From: Acidobacteriota bacterium
Lineage (GTDB): Bacteria; Acidobacteriota; UBA890; WLXD01
Direction: 5' to 3'
DNA length: 64,000 nucleotides
Assembly (NCBI GenBank): GCA_963666055.2
Contig: CAXWPH010000007.1
Location: forward strand, 256,001-320,000
Shown: positions 17,838-26,341 of the stretch, in pieces
Numbering within the stretch: position 1 is the stretch's first letter
Layout of the letters: every line of letters starts with the position of its first letter
Position numbers and translations under genes: made by a program
The notes under the pieces: generated by a model
Database searches by the model: none
Seen by the model: the letters and a program-made list of their open reading frames with translations, nothing else
What the model was told of the DNA's origin: nothing

Positions 17838-20633
17838 ATGTCCCGTACATCCGGACAACGCCGCCTCGCAACCGCACTGGCTATCGTTGCACTGGTTATC
17901 GTCGCTGCGCCAAGCTTTTCGAGGCACGCCGATGCCGTACCGCCGCTCGGTCAGCAGGATTCAGGCGCAACGCTCAGCGTGCCGCGCTCGATCCTGGACG
18001 GCATCCACTTCCGCTCCATCGGCGGCACCAAGCAAGGCGGCCGCATCATGGACATCGGCGTGCCGGATCCGGCAAAGCAGCCGTTCACTTTCTACGCAGC
18101 GGCTTCCACCGGAGGGCTGTGGAAGACCAGCGACGCCGGCATCACCTGGACGCCGATCTTCGATGACGCGCCGATCAACTCGATCGGCGACGTCGCGGTG
18201 GCACATTCCGACCCCGACGTGCTCTACGTCGGCACCGGCAACGGTTCGTACTGGGGAGAAGGAATCTACCGCAGTGGCGATGGCGGCGCCACCTGGAGCC
18301 ATCGTGGGCTCGACAACTCGCTCTACATCACGCGCATCCGAGTCCACCCCGAGGACCCGGACACGCTGTACGTCGCGGCGGCCGGCAACTGGGTGAGCGA
18401 TAGCGCCGAGAAGGGTGTCTTCCGGAGCGCCGACGGCGGTGCCACCTGGGTGCGCTCGCTGGCGCTGCGCCACGACGACCATCACGTTGGCGCCGCGGAT
18501 CTGGTCATCGACCCGCGCGATCCGGATGTGCTTTACGCCTCGGCCTGGGACCGCGACGACGGCGGCGGCAGCGGCATCTACAAGACCATCGACGGCGGCG
18601 ACAGCTGGGCGCGGCTCGAAGGCGGGCTACCGACGACCAGCATGGATCGGATCGGCCTCGACATCTATCTCACCGACCCCGACATCCTGGTCGCCTGTAT
18701 CCTCGTGCAGCACCCGGATTGGGACGGAAGCAACCGCGACCGATACCGCAACACCGCCTGGCGCAGCGTCGATGCGGGTGTCACGTGGGGCGGGATCGGG
18801 CCCGATCCCGATGAGTACGAGCTCAAGGGATCGTCCCGCTTTGGTCAGATCCGCATCGATCCGCGCAACGCCGACCGTATTTACGTGCTCAACACCGGCG
18901 TGCAGGGCACCCCGGACGGCGGGCGCACCTGGCAGAAGATGATCCGCTTCGCTGGCGACAACCAGGCGATGTGGATCAACCCGACCAACAGCGACCACAT
19001 GATTCTGGGCTACGACTATGGCCTGGCGATCTCCTACTCCAACGGCGACACCTGGTACCACCCCGACAACCTGCCGCTCGGGCAGCTCGAAGCCGTCGCC
19101 GTGGACATGGCACGGCCATACAACGTCTACGGTGGCATGCAGGACTTCGGCACCTGGCGCGGTCCGAGCACCAAGCGGGGTCGGTGGCCGATTCGCTTCG
19201 AAGACTGGGAGCACGTCGGCGGCGCCGACGGCTCCTACGCCCAGATCGACCCGACCGACAATCGCTGGCTCTATGTGGAGTCACAGAACGGCAGCATCTC
19301 GCGCAACGACCAGCGCACCGGCGTGCGCACCCGAATCCGCTACCGTGCCGAGGGAGTGCGCTTCAACTTCATCGCACCGATCCTGATCTCGCCGCACAAC
19401 CCGGATGTGATCTACCACGGGGCCAACGTGCTGCTGCGCTCGCCGTTCCGTGGTGAGGCGTGGGTGGAGATCAGCCCTGACCTGTCGGAGGGCGGCGGTG
19501 CGACGTCGGAGCGCCGCATCAACGGCACGATCAGCACACTCGATGAGTCGCCGGTGCAGCAAGGCGTCATCTGGGCCGGGACCGATAACGGCAACGTTTG
19601 GGTTACTCACGACGACGGGGCGAGCTGGCAGCGCTCCAGTAACGCCATTCCCGATTGGCGGAACTACAAAGTCACCCGGTTGGAGGCATCGAATCACGCG
19701 CCTGGCAGGGCGTACGTGACCGCCAGCGGCGGTCGCCGGGATCGTCGCGACCTACGCCCATACGTTTACCGAACCGACGATTTCGGGGAGACCTGGCGCT
19801 CGATCAGCGGCGGTTTGCCGGCCGATGAGCCGGTCAACGTGATCCGCGAGGACCATCGCAACCCCGACTTGCTGTTCGTGGGCACCGCCAAGGGCATCTA
19901 CGTCTCGTTCGATGGCGGCAACTCCTGGTCCTCGTTGCGCAACAACATGCCCAACGTTCCGATCCACGACCTGGTGATCCATCCGCGCGACAACGACCTG
20001 GTGGTGGGGACGTACGGGCGCAGCTTCTGGATCGCCGACATCTCCCCACTGCAGGAGATCACGCGCCAGACGCTGGCCAAGGACGTGCACCTGTTCGACG
20101 TCGCGCCTCAGGTACTGTGGGTCTCGGCCCGCGAGACTCAGGTCGCTTCCATCTATCAAAACTACGAGGGCGAGAACGCGCCGAAGGGCGCCGTCGTGTA
20201 CTACATGCTGCGCGAGCCTGCCACGGGTCCGGTGAGGGTACAGATCTACCGCGGCACCACGCTGGTCAACGAATACAGCGGCCCCGGCGAGGCAGGGCTG
20301 AACTCCGTCGAGTGGTATCTGACCGAGCGAATCCCGCGCACCGAGGAAGGCAAACTCGACTGGGAGGAGTGGAACCGCGGCGTACGCTCGGAAGAGGAAT
20401 ACTTCGACTACTACGACGGCACCGATCACTTCGGTGCCGCCGACAGCGAGGTAAGCATCTACGGGCGGCCGCTGAACGTCTGGGTGCACACGCTGCCGGA
20501 ATGGCGCGAGCGCGACTTCAGGCACATCCGCGCCAAGCCCGGCGACTACACCGTCAAGCTCCTGGTCGACGGCCGTGAGCTGAGCGGCGGCGTCACGGTG
20601 CTGCAGGACGAGTGGTTCGACCGGACGTACTGA
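17838..20633 (+). CDS. Secreted BNR/Asp-box beta-propeller protein (VPS10/sortilin-like, putative glycosyl hydrolase)
   Basis: Many S/T-x-D-x-G-x-T/S-W Asp boxes, DNDLVVGTYGRS, signal peptide, AGGAG before ATG 17838. Confidence 0.88.
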   Translation: MSRTSGQRRLATALAIVALVIVAAPSFSRHADAVPPLGQQDSGATLSVPRSILDGIHFRSIGGTKQGGRIMDIGVPDPAKQPFTFYAAASTGGLWKTSDAGITWTPIFDDAPINSIGDVAVAHSDPDVLYVGTGNGSYWGEGIYRSGDGGATWSHRGLDNSLYITRIRVHPEDPDTLYVAAAGNWVSDSAEKGVFRSADGGATWVRSLALRHDDHHVGAADLVIDPRDPDVLYASAWDRDDGGGSGIYKTIDGGDSWARLEGGLPTTSMDRIGLDIYLTDPDILVACILVQHPDWDGSNRDRYRNTAWRSVDAGVTWGGIGPDPDEYELKGSSRFGQIRIDPRNADRIYVLNTGVQGTPDGGRTWQKMIRFAGDNQAMWINPTNSDHMILGYDYGLAISYSNGDTWYHPDNLPLGQLEAVAVDMARPYNVYGGMQDFGTWRGPSTKRGRWPIRFEDWEHVGGADGSYAQIDPTDNRWLYVESQNGSISRNDQRTGVRTRIRYRAEGVRFNFIAPILISPHNPDVIYHGANVLLRSPFRGEAWVEISPDLSEGGGATSERRINGTISTLDESPVQQGVIWAGTDNGNVWVTHDDGASWQRSSNAIPDWRNYKVTRLEASNHAPGRAYVTASGGRRDRRDLRPYVYRTDDFGETWRSISGGLPADEPVNVIREDHRNPDLLFVGTAKGIYVSFDGGNSWSSLRNNMPNVPIHDLVIHPRDNDLVVGTYGRSFWIADISPLQEITRQTLAKDVHLFDVAPQVLWVSARETQVASIYQNYEGENAPKGAVVYYMLREPATGPVRVQIYRGTTLVNEYSGPGEAGLNSVEWYLTERIPRTEEGKLDWEEWNRGVRSEEEYFDYYDGTDHFGAADSEVSIYGRPLNVWVHTLPEWRERDFRHIRAKPGDYTVKLLVDGRELSGGVTVLQDEWFDRTY

Positions 20634-20643
20634 CGCCCTGGTC

Positions 20644-22122
20644 TTATGTCCGTGACTCGCCGCTAGGGCATGCTCCCGGAGCCTCTCGTAGAATGGCCCA
20701 CACCGCTGGCCCCAGAACCATGCCCTGCCGGCGCGCCGCTTCCCAAGCGGTCCGTGCCTCCTCGAAGCGACCCGCCGCATAGAGGGCAAGCACCCAGGCG
20801 CGATGCCACTCGACAGTGTCCGCTCCCTGGGCTCGCGCATTCTCCAGATGGCCGGCGGCGGCCGAGGGATCGCCCGACATCAGCAGCGCCCGGGCCAGCC
20901 CAACGCTGGCGCCCATGTCCAGCGAATCGATCTCTAGCGCAGCTCGATACTCGCGCTCTGCGGTGCTTGCATCGCCCGCCAGCCGCAGGTACTCGTCGCC
21001 CAGCTCACGATGCTCACGACCGTCCGAGAGCTTCTTGAAGGTTCGCAGGTGAGCCACACCGTCGGGGTCACCGCGTCGCTGCAGGACCGTGCCCAGGTCG
21101 AAGTGCCCCTGGACGTTGCGCGGCGCTACCTCGAGAAGCGCTCGGGCAACCTGCTCGGCTTCGTCGAGCCTGCCGAGCTTTATGAGGATCTTGGCCTGGA
21201 GTTCTAGCGCACCGACGCGCAACGCACCGACGCCGTGCTCGAGCGTCGTTGAAGCGCCGGCAATCGTCGCGATCGCCTGTTCGATCACGGCAAGCGCTTC
21301 CTCGCCACGGCCCTGATACAGCACCGCCTCGGTGTAGGGCAGCTGCACGGCAGGGTCGCCCGGCCTCCGGCGCAGGGCTTCCTGGAGGACCCTCTCGGCG
21401 GCCTCGAACCTCTGCACGTTGAACAGGTGATACCCGAGCGCCACCCGCCCGGCCACGACGTCTGGGGCCAGATCGACGGCTCGCCGGTAGGCCGCTTCGG
21501 CGGCCTCGTTGTCGAACGCCGCGGCAAGCGCATCGCCGCGGCGCTGCCACAGCCCGGGGCGCTCGGGGTCGATCTCGATGGCGCGCGCCAACCACTCGGC
21601 CGCCTCACGAGCGTTGCCCGCCTCCGAAGCGAGCTCGGCGGCCCTCAGCTCCGGCCCTGTCCACCGGGGGGTGACGGCGGCGAGATCCTCTAGCCTCCGC
21701 CGTGCCTCGGAGACGGCACCGATGCGATAGCAGACCTCGGCGCGTTGGTACTCCGCCGGCCGCAGATCCGGGCGCGACTGCAGCGCCAGCGTCAGCTCGG
21801 TCCAAGCGTCGGCCCATCGGTCTTGTGCGAATCTGACCAGCCCGAGCTGGTATCGCACCGCGCCCGGGTCAGCGCTCCCCGGAAGCGCCGACTGCAGCTC
21901 GCCCGCGGCCCGCTCCAGCTGGCCGACCGCCAGCAGGGCCCGGCCTAGGTGAAAGTGCGTGGCGGAGCTTTCCGGATCGAGGCGCAGCGCCTCCTCGAGC
22001 TCGACAATGGCCTCTTTGGCCTGGTTCTGCTGCAAGAGGTCGACGCCGCTGGCCAGATGCTCGGCCGCCGATTGACCGAGCCCCCCCAGCAGGCCCGCGA
22101 CGAGAGCCCAGCGCAGCATCAT
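20644..22122 (-). CDS. Secreted TPR-repeat protein
   Basis: Signal peptide and tandem TPR motifs. Start overlaps the stop of the upstream CRTAC1 gene. Confidence 0.85.
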   Translation of the reverse strand: MMLRWALVAGLLGGLGQSAAEHLASGVDLLQQNQAKEAIVELEEALRLDPESSATHFHLGRALLAVGQLERAAGELQSALPGSADPGAVRYQLGLVRFAQDRWADAWTELTLALQSRPDLRPAEYQRAEVCYRIGAVSEARRRLEDLAAVTPRWTGPELRAAELASEAGNAREAAEWLARAIEIDPERPGLWQRRGDALAAAFDNEAAEAAYRRAVDLAPDVVAGRVALGYHLFNVQRFEAAERVLQEALRRRPGDPAVQLPYTEAVLYQGRGEEALAVIEQAIATIAGASTTLEHGVGALRVGALELQAKILIKLGRLDEAEQVARALLEVAPRNVQGHFDLGTVLQRRGDPDGVAHLRTFKKLSDGREHRELGDEYLRLAGDASTAEREYRAALEIDSLDMGASVGLARALLMSGDPSAAAGHLENARAQGADTVEWHRAWVLALYAAGRFEEARTAWEAARRQGMVLGPAVWAILREAPGACPSGESRT

Positions 22123-23846
22123 TGCGCCGACCGCGCCACGACGCCGTAGCGCTCGTCGACCACCAGCCGGCCGGGCTGTTGCTCCGGTAGCCGCAAGATC
22201 TCGCCACCTGGCCAGCGGATCTCGACGGCTTCTGCTACCCCGGACGGGAGATAGAACAACAGCCGGGCATCGTTGGCGCCGGCGTAGCCATCGCTGTCGC
22301 GCAGCTGAATCCGCTGCTCGATGGCGCCGGAGCGCACGACCACGTCGGCTCCGTAGCCGGAGCGGTTCGATCGGCGGCCGACCAGCGTGATCCTCAGCGC
22401 CGCGTGCGCCATCGACGTGTCGTTGCGGATCAATGTGGGGCGCGCATCGATGTTGGTCACCAGCAGATCGAGATCGCCGTCGTTGTCGAAGTCACCTCGT
22501 ACCGCGCCGCGCGACGACTCGCGGATCGCCAAGGCGTCGCCGGCCGTCGCAGTCACCGTTGTGAAGTCGGCCGCGCCCGACTCGCGCAACCGGTTCACAT
22601 ACAGCGAGTTGAGCTGCCGGTACGGCTCGATGCCGCGCTCCGCGACAGCTGGGTGGATGTGGCCGTTGGCGACGAACAGATCCTGATCGGCGTCGCCGTC
22701 GATATCGAGAAACAGTGCCGACCACCCCATGTACGGAAAGCTGCTGGCCGCCAGCCGGCGCAGGTCGGTCTCGTCCTGGAAGACGCAGTCGCCGAGGTTA
22801 CGGTAGAGCGTGTTGTGGTCGTTGTGGAAGTTGGTGACGTACAGATCGAGCCGCCCGTCACCGTCGAAGTCGGCGCTGGTCACCCCCATGCCCGCCTGCT
22901 CGCGACCGTCGGCGCTGTACCCGGCGCCCGACAGCAGTCCCTGCTCGTCGATCTCGCCAGCGGGAGTGTGCCGGTACAGGAGGTTCATCATCGAGTCGTT
23001 GGCGACGTAGATCTCCGACAACCCGTCGTCGTCGCAGTCGATCGCAGCCAGCGCCAGCCCGTACCCAGCGGCCTGATCGACGCGGTCCGACATCCACTCG
23101 ACGAAGGTGCCGTCGGCGAGATTGCGATACAGGAGGTCGCGCTGCCCGACCAGCCCCTCGGGCCCGCAGAACGCCTCGACGCCCGCATAAGAGCACCGAC
23201 TTTCTCCCCGCGACGGCACCGAGGTGGCCTGCAGATCCACGTAGCGAGCCACGTAGAGGTCCAGGTTGCCGTCCGCATCCCAATCCGTGAAGGTGGCGCT
23301 GGCGCCCCAGCCGGGATCCTCCACCCCGTTGGACCAAACCGCAAAGGTCCCGTCACCGTTGTTGCGATACAGCCGGTCGGCGCCGATGGCGGCGATGAAC
23401 AGGTCTGGCCAGCCATCGTTGTCGACGTCGCCCCAGGTGACGCCGGTGCCCCATACGACCTCGCGTACTCCGGCGGAGATCGGCGCCTCGCGAAACGTCT
23501 GCCCATCGCCGCGGTACAAGCGGTGTCCCGCGCCGCGGCGGCCCGCGGCCAGTGCCGGGTGGGGGGCCGGTTGAGCGATCTGCACGGTGGATCCCGTCGC
23601 CTCGGACAACGCGTTCACCAGCACGACGTCGAGGTTGCCGTCGACGTCGAAGTCCAGGAACGCCGCTCCGGACCCGGTCGACTCGGTGATGTAGGACTTG
23701 TCGAGGCTGCCGAAAGTCTGCACCAGGTCGAGGCCTGAGTTGGCCACCGCACGCAGGTCCAACGCCTGGGCAGGCAGCCCCGCCGGCGCCACAGTGAGGG
23801 TCAGCGATGCCGCCACCAGGAGCCGCCCGCCGGGGCTAGCCGCCAT
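22119..23846 (-). CDS. CRTAC1-family protein (FG-GAP + ASPIC/UnbV), second paralog
   Basis: ESTGSGAAFLDFDVDG, EQAGMG, SSRGAVRGDFDNDGDLDL, SNRSGYGA...IRWP. Confidence 0.9.
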   Translation of the reverse strand: MAASPGGRLLVAASLTLTVAPAGLPAQALDLRAVANSGLDLVQTFGSLDKSYITESTGSGAAFLDFDVDGNLDVVLVNALSEATGSTVQIAQPAPHPALAAGRRGAGHRLYRGDGQTFREAPISAGVREVVWGTGVTWGDVDNDGWPDLFIAAIGADRLYRNNGDGTFAVWSNGVEDPGWGASATFTDWDADGNLDLYVARYVDLQATSVPSRGESRCSYAGVEAFCGPEGLVGQRDLLYRNLADGTFVEWMSDRVDQAAGYGLALAAIDCDDDGLSEIYVANDSMMNLLYRHTPAGEIDEQGLLSGAGYSADGREQAGMGVTSADFDGDGRLDLYVTNFHNDHNTLYRNLGDCVFQDETDLRRLAASSFPYMGWSALFLDIDGDADQDLFVANGHIHPAVAERGIEPYRQLNSLYVNRLRESGAADFTTVTATAGDALAIRESSRGAVRGDFDNDGDLDLLVTNIDARPTLIRNDTSMAHAALRITLVGRRSNRSGYGADVVVRSGAIEQRIQLRDSDGYAGANDARLLFYLPSGVAEAVEIRWPGGEILRLPEQQPGRLVVDERYGVVARSAQ

Positions 23847-26193
23847 CGATTTGCTGACGTAGCTGCTGGCCTCGACGGGCCCATTCCTGCGCCCGCGCCG
23901 GCTCGCCTGTTCGGTTGTACAGATCGGCGAGCAGAAAGTAGCCGAGGGTCATGTCGGGGGGTTCGAGCTGCTCCGCGATCGCCCCCTCGACCATCTCGAT
24001 GGCGCGCTGCAGGTCGCCGCCGCGCCGCAGCATCAGGCGTGCCATGAAGAGGTTGCCCTGCGCAAAGTCGGTATCGAGCTCGAGCACGCGCTGCAACTGC
24101 CGGTGCTCGTCGTCCTCACGCCCCATCTTTCGGTAGACCATCGCCAGGTTGAAGTGGGCGGCGACGTCCTCGGGAACGGTTTCGAGCTCCTGCAGGTACT
24201 CGCGCACCGCTGCCGCCGGCTCGCCGCGCTGGTCGTGAATCTCGGCCAGCACCGCGTGCACCCCGATCAGCCGATCGTTGAGCTCGAGCGCGGCACGCGC
24301 GTAGCTTTCGGCGTCGTCGAAACGGTCCAGATGGAAGTACACCTGCGCCAGGCCCCCGCGCGACGACGACCCGTCGGGGTTGAGCTCCAGGCATCGCTGG
24401 AACGCGGCTATCGCGTCGTCGAGCTCGCCCTGGCGCCTGAGAACGTCGCCAAGAAGAAAGTACAGCTGGGCGTTGTCGCCCACCAGCTCCAGGCCGTCCC
24501 GAACGGTCTTCTCGGCCTCTTCGAGGCGCCGCAGGCCGACCAGGGCATCGGAGGCGAAGATGTAAGCGTACGGGTCGTCGGGCTTGAGCGGGATGGAAGC
24601 GCTGTAAGCCTCGACCGCCTCCTCCAGGCGTCCCTGCTGGAAGTACAGCTCGCCCAGCGTGTGGTGCGCATCGACAATGCCCGGGTCTTCTTCCAGCACC
24701 TCGCGCAGCAGGCGCTCGGCCTCGGCAAACTCGTCGCGGTTCATCGCTTGCCTTGCTTCAAGCGACTTGTTGTAGATCTCGATCTTGGTGCGCGGACTGG
24801 GCAGATCCGAGCCATCGTCGTCGATCGCCTGGAAGGTCCCGACGTAGCCGAGGCTGACGAGCTTGCGTCGCGTCTCCTCGTCGAGGTCAACGGCGGTCGA
24901 CGAGCTGGCGCCTTCGCTCCACGTGGCGATCTGTTCCTCCGCCGAGCGCGTCATCTCGAAGACCACCGTGTTCAGCGTACCGGCCAGGTTGTGCTCCTCG
25001 GCCGGGTCTTCGATCAGATCGTAGAGCTCCGGGTCCGACGACAGGATGAGCTTGTAGCGCTCGTCGCGCAGCGCCCGCAGATCACTCCAACCGTAGTGCA
25101 ACCGTGCGTACCAGCTCTCGGAGTAGATATATCGCTCCTCGGGCTCGGTCCCTGACTCGAACAACGGTGCGAGGCTGCGACCTTGGAATTCGAGGCCGGG
25201 CTCCAACCCGATGATCTCGAGCACCGTCGGCATGACGTCGACAATCGACACCAGCTCGGAGCGTCGCTGACCACCGTAGTTGCCGAAGGGGACGCGCATG
25301 ATGAGCGGCACGTGCGTTGCCTCGTCGTAGACGAAGAAACCGTGTTGCGCCTCGCCGTGTTCCCCGAGGCTCTCGCCGTGGTCGGCGACGATCACCAACA
25401 GCGTGCTGTCGAGCAGCTCACGCTGGCGCAGCTCCTGCACCAACCGTCCGACCTGGGAGTCAGTGTAGGCGATCTCGCCCAGGTAGGGGCGGCCCGGGTA
25501 CTGCGACTTGTAGGGCTCCGGCGGATCGTAGGGGGCGTGCGGATCGTACATGTGCAACCACATGAAGAAGGGCTGTTCGGGGGCCTGCTGAGAGGCCCGC
25601 TGGGAGGATTCCGGCGCCGGCTGATCGAGCCAATCGATCGCCTGGTCGACCACCTCGCTCGCCGGCCGCTGCACGCTGCCCATGGCGATCACCCGCTGGC
25701 CACGTACGTCGAAGTCGTCGACGTAGTGGTCGAACCCTTGATCGATGCGCCAGCGCCGATCGAGGACGTAGGCCGCGACGAAGCCCCCGGTGCGGTATCC
25801 GGCCGCTCCCAAGACCTCCGCCAGGGTCTCGGCCTCCTCGGGGACGAGATAGCCGCCGTTGTCGATGACGCCATGCAGCAGCGGGTAGTTGCCGGTGAAC
25901 AGCGACGTGTGCGCCGGCAGCGTCAGCGGCGTGGTCGAGTGGGCGTTCTCGAACAGCACCCCGTGGCGCGCCAGGCCATCGATCGCCGGCGTCGAGATAT
26001 CGCTGAAGCCGTAGGCGCCGAGGCGATCGGCGCGCAGCGTGTCCAGCGTCACCACCACCACGTTGTAGGGGCCTTCGCCACGTGCATCGGCGACGCTGCC
26101 CGACGGTGACCCGCCGCTGCATCCGACGGCGCACCAGGCGAGCAGCGTGACCGCAAACCGAGCCCGGGTTGTGCCGCTGCGCCGTAACGCCAT
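23836..26193 (-). CDS. Sulfatase-like (alkaline phosphatase superfamily) lipoprotein with C-terminal TPRs
   Basis: VTLDTLRADRLG, TLPAHTSLFTG, HMYDPHAPY, ADHGESLGEHGE, lipobox AVGC and a TPR tail. Start estimated. Confidence 0.9.
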   Translation of the reverse strand: MALRRSGTTRARFAVTLLAWCAVGCSGGSPSGSVADARGEGPYNVVVVTLDTLRADRLGAYGFSDISTPAIDGLARHGVLFENAHSTTPLTLPAHTSLFTGNYPLLHGVIDNGGYLVPEEAETLAEVLGAAGYRTGGFVAAYVLDRRWRIDQGFDHYVDDFDVRGQRVIAMGSVQRPASEVVDQAIDWLDQPAPESSQRASQQAPEQPFFMWLHMYDPHAPYDPPEPYKSQYPGRPYLGEIAYTDSQVGRLVQELRQRELLDSTLLVIVADHGESLGEHGEAQHGFFVYDEATHVPLIMRVPFGNYGGQRRSELVSIVDVMPTVLEIIGLEPGLEFQGRSLAPLFESGTEPEERYIYSESWYARLHYGWSDLRALRDERYKLILSSDPELYDLIEDPAEEHNLAGTLNTVVFEMTRSAEEQIATWSEGASSSTAVDLDEETRRKLVSLGYVGTFQAIDDDGSDLPSPRTKIEIYNKSLEARQAMNRDEFAEAERLLREVLEEDPGIVDAHHTLGELYFQQGRLEEAVEAYSASIPLKPDDPYAYIFASDALVGLRRLEEAEKTVRDGLELVGDNAQLYFLLGDVLRRQGELDDAIAAFQRCLELNPDGSSSRGGLAQVYFHLDRFDDAESYARAALELNDRLIGVHAVLAEIHDQRGEPAAAVREYLQELETVPEDVAAHFNLAMVYRKMGREDDEHRQLQRVLELDTDFAQGNLFMARLMLRRGGDLQRAIEMVEGAIAEQLEPPDMTLGYFLLADLYNRTGEPARAQEWARRGQQLRQQIDGG

Positions 26194-26276
26194 CGCTGGT
26201 CGCCTGCAACAGGGAACGGTGAGTCCGGTGGTCAGGGATCGGGTGTCACCAGCGAGGCGTACCGGGGCCCTGCCCA

Positions 26277-26312
26277 AAACAAGTACGGGGGAACGGATCG
26301 CTCCGTCCCCCC
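26277..26312 (-). terminator. Probable intrinsic terminator/attenuator after the TonB-dependent receptor
   Basis: GGGGGAACGGA-TCGC-TCCGTCCCCC hairpin followed on the minus strand by GTACTTGTTTT, 30 nt past the stop. Confidence 0.6.
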
Positions 26313-26341
26313 GGTATCTTGCCGCGAACTCGCGGTCAGGC

